DNA from: Octopus sinensis
Taxonomy: Eukaryota
NCBI RefSeq assembly: GCF_006345805.1
Contig: NW_021835226.1
Location: forward strand, 1 to 46,740
Direction of reading: 5' to 3'
Length of the DNA: 46,740 bases
Part shown: positions 34,158-46,571 of the stretch, in pieces
How positions within the stretch are numbered: position 1 is the first letter of the stretch
Layout of the letters: the number at the start of each line of letters is the position of its first letter
Made by a program: the position numbers and the translations under genes
The notes under the pieces: model-generated
What the model saw: only the letters and a program-made list of their open reading frames with translations
Told to the model about the DNA's origin: nothing
Database searches by the model: none

Positions 34158-34299
34158 TGTTATTAATTTTGCTTCAATGTACATGATTTAAAAATTAATT
34201 TTTAATTATTATAATTGTATGATCGCATGCATTAAAAATTTCTAAAACTGAAACACGGAAAGAATCAGATAATAGTCTAGCTCAGGGTTTCTCAAGTTT

Positions 34300-34510
34300 T
34301 TTAACGTCGGGGCCCTCCAAATTGGAACCCACTGGGATCGATCGGGAGGCCCGAAAGAAACCGGACGGGATAACTGTGTTTCCATTAAACAAATGGAAGC
34401 CACTTCCCTGGGACGCCACGTGTGTGAACTCATTTTCGCCCGAGAACCTGCTGATGTCTGCATCCGCCCCTGGATTAATCGCCACTACTGCCGATTGTAA
34501 AAAGATGTGA
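34300..34510 (+). mobile_element. Internal CRE-clade RLE fragment
   Basis: LEPTGIDREARKKPDGITVFPLNKWKPLPWDATCVNSFS...SAPG..A..K; truncated at both ends. Confidence 0.8.
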
Positions 34511-34649
34511 AACTAGAAAGAAAGAAGAAGAAAAATTTTTATTTAAAAAGAGGCTGATAGTAAAGGATAGATAAGGACCTTCGGCATTCCTGTCTTTTCA
34601 GTCCCGGACACACGCTCACCTTTCTGCCGCAAACTAAGACTTACGACCT

Positions 34650-35150
34650 ACTCCGAAGACTGATATTCGAGTTTTACTCGAGTTGGGAACCAATCTACAT
34701 AATTTTATACAGGAAATCAGCCCCTCGTTATTGTCGACTACATTAACTTGTTTAAACTCCTCGACAACCTTCTAGCATATTTAACTGAGTATTCATAATC
34801 TTCGTCTCAAGATTTGAGATCTACTGATAAGATCGATATTCGAGTTCTCCACTTTTTTGCAACCATCAATCTCATTTGTTACAGGAAATCAGCCCCTCGT
34901 GTATGTGGACAACATCAACTTGTTCGACCTCTTCGACAATTTCCCTACCATCTCTAAATGAGTATTCACATTCTTAGTGTCAAGATTTGAGACCCATTAA
35001 TAAGATCCATATTTGAGTTCTTCACTTTTTTGTGACTAATAGTCCTGATATTTTTTTTAGGAAATCCGCCTCTTGTAATTATTGAGTACATCAATATGTT
35101 CGATCTCCTCAACTACCTACTAAAATCATTAACTGAGTATAATGCAAATG
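34650..35150. repeat. Three diverged tandem units of about 172-176 bp
   Basis: AGGAAATC(A/C)GCC at 34711, 34883 and 35059. Shared blocks ..TGAGTATTC.., TCAAGATTTGAGA and GATATT(C/T)GAGTT. Confidence 0.7.
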
Positions 35151-35169
35151 GAAGTCACTAAATGCTAGG

Positions 35170-38100
35170 ATAGGGGTACGTAAGATTATGTAATAAATTG
35201 CGTAATGTAGCATGAAATTTGAGGAAGTCCTTAGATGTGAGAATAAGGGGATACTTGAGATTATGTAATGAATTGTGTAATATATTATGCAATTGTGGAG
35301 GTCCCTAGATATGAAGATATGGGGATACCTGAGATTATCAAATGAATTGAGTAACATATAGGCAATTTGGGCAGGTCCTTAGATGTGAGAATATGAGGGG
35401 ACTTGAAATTATCTAATGATTTGCTTTATAAATAATGCAATTTGTGGAGATGCCTAGATGTGAAGATATGGGGATACTTGAGATTATGTAATGAAATGCG
35501 TAGTATATTATGCAATTTGGAGATGTCCTTTAAAGTGAGAATAAAAGGGTAATTTAGATTATCTAATGAATTACGTAACATATTATGCAATTTGGGGGTG
35601 TCCTTTAAAGTGAGAATAAGGGGATAGTTGAAATTAAGAAATGAATTGCGTTATTTATTATGCAATTTGTCGAGGTCCCTAAAAGTGAAGATATGGGGGT
35701 ATATGAGATTATCTAATTAATTGCGTTATTTATTATGCAATGTGTGGAGATACTTAGATGTGAAGATATGGGGGTACTTGAAATTATGTAATGAAATGCG
35801 TAATATATTATGCAATTTGGAAATGTCTTTAAAGTGAGAATAAGGGGATACTTGAGATTATTTAATGAATTACGTAACATCATACAATTTGGGCAGGTTC
35901 TTAGATATAAGATTAAGGGGATATTAGAGATAATGTAATGAATTAAATAACATCATACAATTTGGGAAGGTACTTAGATGTGAGAATAAATGGATATTTG
36001 AGATTATGTAATGAATTTCGTATAATTTTATGTAATTGTGTAAATCCCTCTATGGGGGTACCTAATATTATGTAATGAATAGCGTTATTTATTATGCAAT
36101 TTGTGGAGGTCCTTAGATGTGAAGATATGGGAGTATTTGAGATTATGTAATAAAAAGCGTAATATATTATGCAATTTGGGAATTTCGTTTAAAGTGAGAA
36201 TAAGGGGAGAGTTGAGATTATGTAATGAATTGCGTTATTTATTATGGAAAATTGTCAAAGTCCCTAAAGGTGAAGATATGGGGGCACTTTAGATTATTTA
36301 ATGAATTACGTAACATCATACAATTTGGGCAGGTTTTTAGATGTGAGATTAAGGGGATATTAGAAATAATGTAATGAATTAAATAACATCATGCAATTTG
36401 GCAGGTACTTAGATGTGAGAATAAATGGATATTTGACATTATGTAATGAATTTCAATAATTTTATGTAATTGTGTAGGTCCCTATATGGGGGTACATATG
36501 ATTATGTAATTAATTGCGTTATTTATTTCAATTTGTTGAGGTCCTTAGATGTGAAGATATGGGAGAAATGGAGATTATGTTATGACATCGTTATTTATTG
36601 TGCAATTTATGAAGATCCCTAGATGTGAGGATATGGGGGTACCTGAGATTATGTAATTAATTACGCAACATCATGCAATTTGGGCATGTCCTTAGATGTG
36701 AGATTATGGGGATATTAGAGATAATGTAATGAACTACATAACATCATGCAATTTGGGCAGTTCCTCAGATGTGAGAATAAAGGGAAAGTTGAGATTATGT
36801 AATGAATTGCGTTGTTTATTATGCAATTTGTCGAGGTCCTTAGATGTGAGAATAAAGGGATATTTGAGATTATGTAATGAATTTGTTAAAATATTATGCA
36901 ATTGTGTAGGTCCTTAGATAGGGGTACCTAAGATTATGTAATGAATTGCGTTATTTATTATGCAATTTGTCGAGGTCCTTAAAAGTGATGATATGGCGGT
37001 AATTTAAATTATCTAATAAATTGCGTAAGATCATACAATTTTGGGCAGCTCCTTAGATGTGACAATAAGGGGATATTTGTGATTATGTAATGAATTTCGT
37101 AAAATATTATGCAATTTGTGGAGGTCCCTTAATGTGAAGATATGGGGGTACTTGAGATTATCTAATTAATTTCGTTATTTATTATGCAATTTGTGGAAAT
37201 CTCTAGATGTGAAGATATAGAGGTTACTTGTAATTATGTAATGAATTGACTAATATATAATGCAATTTATGATGTCCTTTAAATTGAGAATAAGGGGAAA
37301 CTGGAGATTATGTAATGAATTACGTAACATCATGCAATTAGGGCATGTCCTTAGATGTGAGATTATGGGGATATTAGAGATAATGTAATGAATTACGTAA
37401 CATCATGCAATTTTAGTATGTTCTTAGATGTGAGGTTAAAGAAATATTAGAGATAATGTAATGAATTACGTAACATCATGCAATTCGGGCATGTCCTTGA
37501 TGTGAGAATAAGGGGATATTTGACCTTATGTAATGAATTTCGAAAAATATGATGCAATTGTGTAGGTACCTAGATAGGGGTACATATGATTATGTAATTA
37601 ATTGCGTTATTTATTTCAATTTGTTGAGGTCCTTAGATGTGAGGATATGGGGGAACTGGAGATTATGTTATGACTTCGTTATTTATTGTGCAATTTATGA
37701 AGATCCCTAGATGTGAGAATATGGGGGTACCTGAGATTATGTAATTAATTACGCAACATCATGCAATTTGGGCATGTCCTTAGATGTGAGATTATGGGGA
37801 TATTAGAGATAATGTAATGAATTACGTAACATCATGCAATTTGAGCATGTTCTTAGATGTTAGATTAAAGGAATATTAGAGATAATGTAATGAATTGCGT
37901 TATTTATTATGCAATTTGTCGAGGTCCTTAAAAGTGAAGATATGGGGGTAATATAAATTATCTAATGAATTGCGTAACATATCATACAATTTGGACAGGT
38001 CGTTAGATGTGAGGATATGGGGGTATGGAGATTATGTTATGACTTCGTTGTTTATTGTGCAATTTGTGGAGGTCTTTAGATGTGAAGATATGGGGGTACT

Positions 38101-39410
38101 TGAGATCATCTAATAAATTGCGTTATTTATTATGCAATTTGTGGAGATCCCTAGATGTAAAAATATGGGTGTACTTAAAATTATGTAATGAATTACGTAA
38201 CATCATGCAATTTGGGCAGGTCCTCAGATGTGAGAATAAGGGGATATTTGAGATTATGTAATGAATTTCGAAATATGATGCAATTGTGTAGGTCCCTAGA
38301 TGGGGGTACATGTTATTATGTAATGAATTGCTTTATTTTTTATGCAATCTGCGGAGGTCCTTAGATGTGAGGATTTGTGGGTAGTTGAAATTCTGTAATA
38401 AAATGCGTAATATATTATTTCAATTAGAGGATGTCCCTTAAAGTGAGAATAAGGTGATAGTTGAGATTATGTAATGAATTACGTTATTTGTTATCCAATT
38501 TGTGGAGATCACTAAAAGTGAAGATATGGGGGATTCTCTAATGAATACTCTCTAATGAATTGATTCTCTAATGAATTGCGTAACATATCATACAATTTGG
38601 GCAGGTTCTTAGATATGAGAAAAAAAGGATATTTGAGATTATGTAATGGTATTCGAAAAATATGATGCAATTGTGTAGGTCACTAGATGGGGTTACATAT
38701 GATTATGTAATGAACTGCGTTATTTATTATGCAATTTGTGGAGGTCCTTAGATGTGAGGATTTGGGGTAGTTGAAATTCTGTAATAAAATGCATAATATA
38801 TTATTTCAATTTGTGGATGTCCTTTATAGTGAGAATAAGGGGAGAGTTGAGATTATGTAATGAATTGCGTTATTTATTATGCAATTTGTGGAGATCCCTA
38901 GATGTAAAAATATGGGTGTACATAAAATTATGTAATGAAATGCGTAATATATTATGCAATTTGGCGATGTCCTCTAAAGTGAGAATAAGGTGATTGTTAA
39001 GATTATGTAATGAATTCCGTTATTTATTATTCAATTTATGGAGATTCCTAGATGTGAAGATATGGGTGTACTTGAAATTATGTAATGAAAAGAGTAATAT
39101 GTTATGTAATTTGGGGATCTCCTTTAAAGTGAGAATAAGGTGATAGTTAAGATTATGTGATGAATTGCGTTATTTGTTATGTAATTTCTGGAGCTATTAA
39201 ATGTGAAGATATGGGGGTACTTTAGATTCTCTAATGAATTGCGTAACATAACATACAATTAGGCAGGTCCTTAGATATGAGGATATGGGGGTACCTGAGA
39301 TTATGAAATGAATTACGTAACATCATGCAATTTGGGCAGGTTCTTAGATGTGAGATTTAAGGGGTATCAGAGATAATATAATGAATTAAGTAACATCATG
39401 CAATTTGTTG
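35170..39410. repeat. Diverged satellite of about 75 bp (about 57 monomers) with higher-order repeats
   Basis: The consensus-like unit is GAGATTATGTAATGAATTGCGTTATTTATTATGCAATTTGTGGAGGTCCTTAGATGTGAAGATATGGGGGTACTT, with monomer starts at 35331, 35405, 35480 and 35555. Several monomer types recur, including a short one of about 61 bp. Confidence 0.95.
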
Positions 39411-39527
39411 AAAAGCATCATAGAAATTTTAGGATTTACCAAATAAATTCACCAATCTGTGCACTATAAGTTTTTTTTTATTGCTTATAAATCAAATTAT
39501 TTGGTTGAATGTGGCATTAGCATAGTA

Positions 39528-40240
39528 CAGTTGAACCCCTGCCCCAATAGAAATCCGCCCCAAATACAGGGAGTTGCCCTAATACAGAGGTATGATAATT
39601 GATACTCTTTTCAACCTTTTCTTTAATTTCTTTAAATAAAGTAGCATTTAAAAGTCAAAAAATCTATTTTATTTATCAATTAAAAAGTAATCGCTAATTT
39701 TCCCTCGAATATTACATTTTTTCTTAAATTCTTGCAGACGTTCATTTTAAAAACATAATATTCATTAAGTGCTTCGGGACATACATTGGATAATGAATTT
39801 TCTAAAATATTCATTATATTTTGATGTTATGATTGTTTTTGATGTTATGATTTACAATTTCAGTTTCACACACATAATATAATTGAGAGTCATTTTCAGT
39901 TTCATCAAATTCTATTTGCATTACATCTGAAATATGAGTCTCTAAAAGTTCAGATTGAATATTTCGATTAATTTCGAAATCATTGATAACTTGTCGCATA
40001 TTTATCTTCAATAATGTCTCATAATAATTCTCATAAATATCGCATATAGAAATTACTTTATTTGAATAAGATAATTTAAAAGAATCGATGATCCCCATAC
40101 CAAGGGGTTGAAGAATGGCAGTTGCATTATTTGGAAGTTTGAAAAATATAAGATTTGAATAATTTAAACATCTATGACACGTAGCATTATCAAGAATTGA
40201 AAATTTTTTGATTTTGGGAAAACATCTCAACATTAATTTT
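39528..40240 (-). mobile_element. pogo/Tigger-like transposon 3' remnant
   Basis: ILDNATCH...FFKLPNNATAILQPLGMGIIDSFK is the CENP-B/DDE_1 motif LDN..H...LPPNTT..LQPxDxGII. The terminus TA|CAGTTGAACCCC is at 39526-39540. Confidence 0.75.
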
Positions 40241-40780
40241 TTGTAACCAATTGTTGAAAATATTACTAGTCATTCATGCATTTTTAGACGCATCGTATAT
40301 AATCTATATGTATAATTTAAAATCATTACTTCATAATCCTCACTTACCAATGAAAAATCTTCAGTATGTAAAACCCTTCCGGAAACAAATGACGTGAGGT
40401 GAGCGACGGTTGGAGGCTGACAAACGGGAACTGGGCAAACCAGATATTCCCCACCTCTCTTTGGATCCGGAAAGCTGTATTGAAGATTTTGAGGCTAATG
40501 TTGATCAGCACGGACAGAAAATCCAAAATGATTCCACAAACATTTGCCATGCTGTAAAAATTTGGAAGGAACTTGAACAGACTTATATGGACTATGAATT
40601 TACGGCTATTTTAGAAAAATGAAAACTCGAACTGATCAAGCATTAAAACCTTTTCGCTTACTTCCAAATCTAATAGACCCAGCTTGTAGTGGGAATTGAT
40701 CTCGCTTTTTAATATTGTGCTGAACATTATGAATATGCTTTCCTGGATTAATTTCAGAACAAAAGCTGAACCATTTAAGC

Positions 40781-42160
40781 CAGCGGTGTCAAACTCATTT
40801 GAGGGCCGCATTTTGTAACAATTTCGCTTCGAGGGCCGCATTTATAATAATTTCTCATTAAGGGAAGATTAGTTCTGATATTTATTATTAAGAGAAACTA
40901 AATTATTGAATTATCGCCCATTAATTTTGGTGAGACCTGCTTCCAGAGGATTGACATCTTTTTTTAGATACAATTTTTGATATGTCAGGCTGAGCTATTC
41001 GTGTAGTTCCGACTTTTATTAAAGAAGATGAATGTTCATCAGTTACTCTTGTTCTTTTAGCAGTTTTTGTCATTTTCATAATTAAAAAAGCTGTTCACAC
41101 ACAAACATAGCAATAATTTTTGTTGAAAACTTTTTAAAGTTTTTAAACTTTCCAGGAAGATATGAAAAGAAAGCAGGTATTTCAACCTCCAAATATTTAG
41201 CTTTAAGTATAGAATCTGGTTGGATTTCCAATAGTTCCATTTGTAAACTTTCATCTGCATTGGAAACATTAAAAGAGAATGGTGATGCGAATAATGAAAA
41301 TTGTTGTTCAAAAGACGAAAAATCATTAAATCTTTCTTGAAATTCTTTTAACAACGATTCTAGTTGTCTTTCATACTGAGAAAAATTCATTACATTATGT
41401 GCATCAACAGTACTCCTGAGCTCTTTGCACGTAGGAAAATAAGATAAATCTTCATTTAATAGCTGAAACTTCCATAATTTTATTTTCGAAATAAAAAACT
41501 TGATATGATCTGACAACTAAGTTATGAGCTTGTCTTTGCCCTGCAATTCTAAATTAAGGTCGTTCATATGTGTGGTAATATCCACTGCAAATGCCAAATG
41601 TTTGATCCAAGATTGACTTTTCATTTCGTCTGTGTTTTGCCCTTTCATCTCCATAAATAAAATTATTTAAATCTTTTAACAACTTTGTGAAGTGATAACC
41701 AGCGGACTGGAGTATAAAAAGGAATGTCGCTGAACTGATTATTAATATCTGTCAGCAGTTTACTAAACTGCCGGTGGTTGAGGGAATGACCTCTGATATA
41801 GTCTACTGTTTTCGTGACCAAACTAATGGTATTTTCCACTTTTAATATCTTTGAGCACAAATATTTCTGATGAATAATACAATTAATATGAGCATGCTAA
41901 ATGAAATATTCGAATTGGTGTTTCAAATTTCATGCCATTTCATTAATGTGTTCGGCAACAGTGTTTCTTGTTAATGAAATATCTTTAAAAAAGTGGGTGT
42001 CGTCTGGACAAATAATATTCGCTGTTTTTACAAGGCATTGCTTGATGAAATCACCGTCACAATATGATTTTCTATTTACTGCAAGTATTCTGCTGATTTC
42101 ATAGCTTGCAGTGACTAATGCAGTACTTCTATTATGATTTTTGTGAAATAAGTTTGTAAC
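40781..42160 (-). mobile_element. Internally deleted hAT/Buster (GTF2IRD2/SPIN-like) transposon
   Basis: The TIR CAGCGGTGTCAAAC at 40781 is preceded by ATTTAAGC (nnnTAnnn). Transposase motifs ASYEISRIL..KSYCDGDFIKQC..ISLTRNTV, HRQF...VRWLS, LAFAVDITTHMNDLNLELQG and CEQLFS are present. The catalytic N-terminal DD segment is missing, there are stops, and no 5' TIR was seen. Confidence 0.85.
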
Positions 42161-43244
42161 GCAGATAAATTTTTTCGAGGAAGACCTCGGAAGTTTGTTC
42201 CCGGGTGGGGGGCGTAGTGGTGTTCCATTGCGTCTCTATTTAAAAGCTTTTAAATAAATAAATACGATTTCTATTTTTTTTATTTATTTTGAATAAAATC
42301 ATTTATTTCATAGAAATTCGATTTAAATCAAAAAATCCTGTTGAAATTAAAAAATTTAACAACCCTGATTTAGCCAAAGCACATCTCAAGCAAATACTCC
42401 TTTTCCATTAGAATATACACCCTTAAATTGAAAAATAACGAGTAACAAAAGGGACTTAATATGTCACATGCCCAATGCGTTACCATTCCTGACGCGTTAC
42501 CATTGCTCGAAATTTTTAAAAAACTATCAAGAAACAGAAAGAATTGGAAACAATTAACAAAACGTATCGATAAAACCAGGAATATTTTTGTAAACTAATT
42601 AATTGCTCTGTTTAAGTTGATTCTTTACTTTCTCCTCTTAGGGCGATCAAAAGAAGTCAAAATGAGTCAGAATATATTTCTTAGTCCAACTTTTATAAAT
42701 AATTCCCAATTCACTGCTAACAGATCATATTTATGCATTTTTCAACTTTGAACTCTTTCAGCGGCTTTCCGAGGTTATTTCTAATCTTGTTAAGCGCGAT
42801 CTTATACGAGTTGTCCAAATGGCTCAATTGCCTTGCTGAGGAAGAATCTTTCCTGCATTGTTTTTTCGTTTTAGAAAACATGCTCCCATCATTTTTCCAA
42901 TTCCACTTATACAATCTAATAATACCAATCAGTGTGTTAAGAGAATTAATTAAATAATCAGCAAAAACCTCACACTAGTAGTGAAACTAATTAAAATTCC
43001 TGTAATTACTCATTCCAATTGCCGAGAGAACAAAGAAGTTAATTATTCTAACTAATCCGGAATATTCGAGTTGAAACTGGGTTGCTAAGTACTGGAATTT
43101 AAAAATAGAAATATAGCATTTTTTATGTTTGAGGAAGTGATATTGTTCAAAAAAAATTTATTCTGTTATGAAACTTATTTTAAAAATACTCTTTCTTATA
43201 TGACGGAATTTTTCAAAGATAGATTCAAAATAAATGTTTAAATA

Positions 43245-43700
43245 CAGTGAATACCCTCGAATTCGCCATTCTTAAATTCGCCTTTTTTTAAAAAAAATTC
43301 TAGTTTCAATGGAAATTCGCCACATTTTTTTAAAATTTTTAAATAAAAAATACAAAAATATGGATAAATAATACATTTTTAAAAAGTTATTGTTCAAGTT
43401 TGAAAAAAGACATGAATTCCGTCTGAGAAAATTGCATGGGCAGATAAAAATTATGTTCTTTCCTAAAAATGCAACAAGAATAATTCAACCAATGGGAATT
43501 ATCAAAACATTTAAAGTGTACTTTAATAGGCACCAATTATTTTATCTCACTAAAATTTTGGAAACTGACAAAGTTTCGGTTTATGAATACTATAAACATT
43601 TAAATCTTAAGGACACTGTTTTTTTTATAAAAATGGCTTGGGAAGACGTATGCTCGAAAAATATTGAAAATTACTTCAAAAACTGAAAATAATAGATTTT
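43245..43700 (+). mobile_element. pogo/Tigger-like deletion derivative
   Basis: The terminus TA|CAGTGAATACCCTCGAATTCG is at 43243-43265. Further in, FFPKNATRIIQPMGIIKTFK...LKDTVFFIKMAWEDV..NI is a pogo DDE C-terminal fragment. Confidence 0.7.
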
Positions 43701-43829
43701 AATTAACAGTCTACAGATAAAAATTTAATTGATGAATTGATAATTAAAACAGATATTTATGATCCTATTCAAATTGAATTATTTATTAAAAAAGAAGCTA
43801 ATTAACTAAGTAATTTTACTAACTAAGTC

Positions 43830-44220
43830 CAGAGCCTTCGAAGTGAGCAGAAGGTGGCACTCCACGCACCTCCTCCCCTTCATCCTCCTCTTCTCTGGCA
43901 CTGTAGACCTTCGAGAAGGTGCAGTCCAGCGCCTCTCGCTGACTAAACGTCAGGAAAGGGTTGGATCGGCGAGCATCAAACGAGACACTTTCCAGAGTCC
44001 TCTTAAGAACAGTTGACTGTATATAAGCCTGTAGAGTTGACTGTATATAAGGCGGTAGACGTAAACTATGACACGATTGATGCAACCCATTACGTCACTT
44101 CTGAGTCGCCACCGAGGTATCTTTCGGGTCACTCTGCGGTCCGCAAGGAGGACAACACGATTCGCAGAGCTATGCCTACTAAATATCTCCTTCACCTGCA
44201 AGAGTAGCGATAACTCACTA
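43830..44220 (-). mobile_element. Decayed RLE C-terminus of an R4/Dong-like retrotransposon
   Basis: QAYIQSTVLKRTLESVSFDARR motif, with a 24-bp tandem duplication of the YIQST segment. Confidence 0.6.
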
Positions 44221-44859
44221 CTGGTAATCTCCAAGTTTAGACATACTATAAACCACAAGAGAATAAATTATTTAAAATTTTATTAAAATAATTCCTTGTT
44301 AGAAATAAATAATTAAATTAATAAATAAAGAAAACACACATCGTCAATAACTAAACAAATGAACCAACCACCTACCCTTTCAACCATTGTTCTCGCGGAG
44401 ACTCCGTGGAAGACCCAACTCTGGCTACCACGCTAAATGAAGATATACTGGAATAATAAAAACAAAATGGCGAATCTCGACTCACTCAACGATCCAAAAC
44501 GGAGAGCCTGGAGACGCATGACCGAATTCATGGCCAAGGAAAGCTTAATTAACTTATGACTTTTCCGAAAGTGCTTTATAATAATAAAATAAACTTCTCA
44601 TATAATTAACAAAAATACCTCAAAAACGTAGAATGCAATGGCAACATTGACTAATTTAAATGGGATGTCTATTGTTGATGCGGATGCAATTTCTGCTCCT
44701 AATAGTTTACAAATACGATTTTTTGGCTTAATTTTTATTCTTAAAAAATATGAAAATCCAGACAATCCAATAGACAAATCCATTAAAATTAACTTAAATT
44801 AATAAAAAATTAAAAAATAATTAAAATCTATTGCTTATACGTCGAGATTTATAGTATGC

Positions 44860-45215
44860 CTAAATTTGGAGATTACCCTCACTACTCTGGTGCTCGTGTT
44901 GTTCAGAACACGAGGGGCATCCTGACGGCGTAACCGCAGCGGCAGTCCTCCCCCGCGAGCCAGGAGGAGGGGTCTTGGCCAGCTTCTTCAGTGCATCTAA
45001 CGATAGGTTCGAGCTAAAGCGTCGACTGAAACACTGAAGCAGGGTAGGCCACCCATTTCTGGGCATCCTGGAAGCTCTTCCCAACACATGGGAAAGGGCG
45101 GATTTAACCCAGTCCTCCCGGGTCGTGCACTCAATCCTTTCTGCAATGGCAAAGACGATGTTCTTGCCATCGGACGTCTGTCTCTCCGATGCGGTTGTCC
45201 ATCCTGCTCTAGGTA
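44860..45215 (-). mobile_element. Possible LTR-retrotransposon gag-like remnant
   Basis: GC-richer block reading ...REDWVKSALSHVLGRA...GWPTLLQCFSRRFS, loosely like gag W..L...F..RF. It is cut at the Helitron 5' end. Confidence 0.3.
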
Positions 45216-45220
45216 TATTA

Positions 45221-46571
45221 TCTTAATAATAAAATGGTATGGTGTGTGTCTGTCTGTCTGTCTGTCTGTCTTTCTGTCTGTCTGTCTGTGTGTGCACACC
45301 AACTTCAAATTGGCAATACGATGTCCTCGACTTACATGATGAGGTCCTTAAAACCTTCCCCCCAAAAAAAATTAAAAAAAAATTTTCTGCATTTTGGTTA
45401 AAATGAACAACTACGATGTCCTCGACTTACATGATGAGGTCCTTAAACCTTCCCCCCCAAAAAAAATTAAAAAAAATTTTCTGCATTTTGGTTAAAATGA
45501 ACAACTACGATGTCCTCGACTTACATGATGAGGTCCTTAAACCTTCCCCCCAAAAAAATTAAAAAAAAAATTTTCTGCATTTTGTTAAAATGAACAACTA
45601 CGTGTCCTCGACTTACATGATGAGGTCCTTAAAACCTTTCCGCCAAAAAATCAAAAAATTATTTTCTGCATTTGATTAAAATGAACAACGTTAATGTCCT
45701 CGACATTCATGATGAGGTCCATTAAAAATCTCACGTATTAAGAATATCCTTGATGAAAACGACAGCGAGAATATTAACAATAATGAACTCCCAATTATTC
45801 GCGATAAAGAAATTCAATTCATCCTATGATTTTCTCTTTAAAATTAAATGCATATATCATTATCGACCATTATTATTATTATTAATAATTATCGACCATG
45901 AATCAAAATTAAAGCTATTATCATATTTGACTTTGACAGAATGTGCAATTACAGATTGCACGACCTTGAATAGAGTGTGCAATTAACAGATTTTGAAAAA
46001 CACTTTGATAGTTGAAACCACATTAGCACAATCATTAACACAATTTACCACCAATTGACAGCGCAATCAGAAGAATTTGCGTAAAAATATTAACTATTTA
46101 GTTAAGTTTTTCGTAAAGATAGAATTTATTTTCGGTATGCCTCTTTTCCTAAACTTTTTTATTATTCAAAAATAATTTTTTCAATAGATAACCGAAGGAG
46201 GGAAGACGACCTTAAGAAAAGAAGTTTTTCGTAAAGATAGAATTTATTTTCTGTATGCCTCTTTTTTCCTAATATTTTTTATTATTCAAAAATAATTTTT
46301 TAAATAGACTCCTTAGATCCCTCTGGAATGCCGAATCATCTTTTAAAGTTAAAGATAGGCGTTCCAGTGGTTTTATTACGAAATCTTGCGCCACCTAAAT
46401 TATGCAACGGAACGAGGTTAGTTATCAAAAATTTGATGGCTAACGTAATAAAGGCGACGATATTAACAGGTAAGTATAGAGGTGAGGATGTTTATATTCC
46501 ACGAATTCCGATAATTTCTGATGAATTACCATTTAGATTTAAAAGGCTGCAATTTCCTTTGAGGATGAGTT
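45221..46571 (+). mobile_element. Non-autonomous Helitron copy 2 (5' end intact, 3' truncated)
   Basis: It starts A|TCTTAATAATAAAATG followed by a (GTCT)n microsatellite (about 45247-45290) and about five 94-bp repeats. The body is nearly identical to 1-350 (position 45814 corresponds to 1), with an internal duplication of about 120 bp. The PIF1 fragment 46328-46571 breaks off at RLQFPLRMS. Confidence 0.88.
45318..45725. repeat. Tandem repeat of about 94 bp (4-5 units) inside the Helitron 5' region
   Basis: ACGATGTCCTCGACTTACATGATGAGGTCCTTAA... begins at 45318, 45413, 45507 and 45600, with a degenerate fifth unit near 45693. Confidence 0.92.

Noticed and set aside
35170-39410. CRISPR array (also considered for 45318-45725)
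   Set aside because: Units are contiguous diverged monomers without unique spacers, there are no cas genes, and the context is eukaryotic.
42717-42957. Short ORFs between the hAT and pogo remnants
   Set aside because: No recognisable motifs or consistent tiny-intron structure.
44505-44545. GHEFGH zinc-metalloprotease-like motif on the minus strand
   Set aside because: The frame is very short, closed by a stop, and has no surrounding protease sequence, so it is probably chance.
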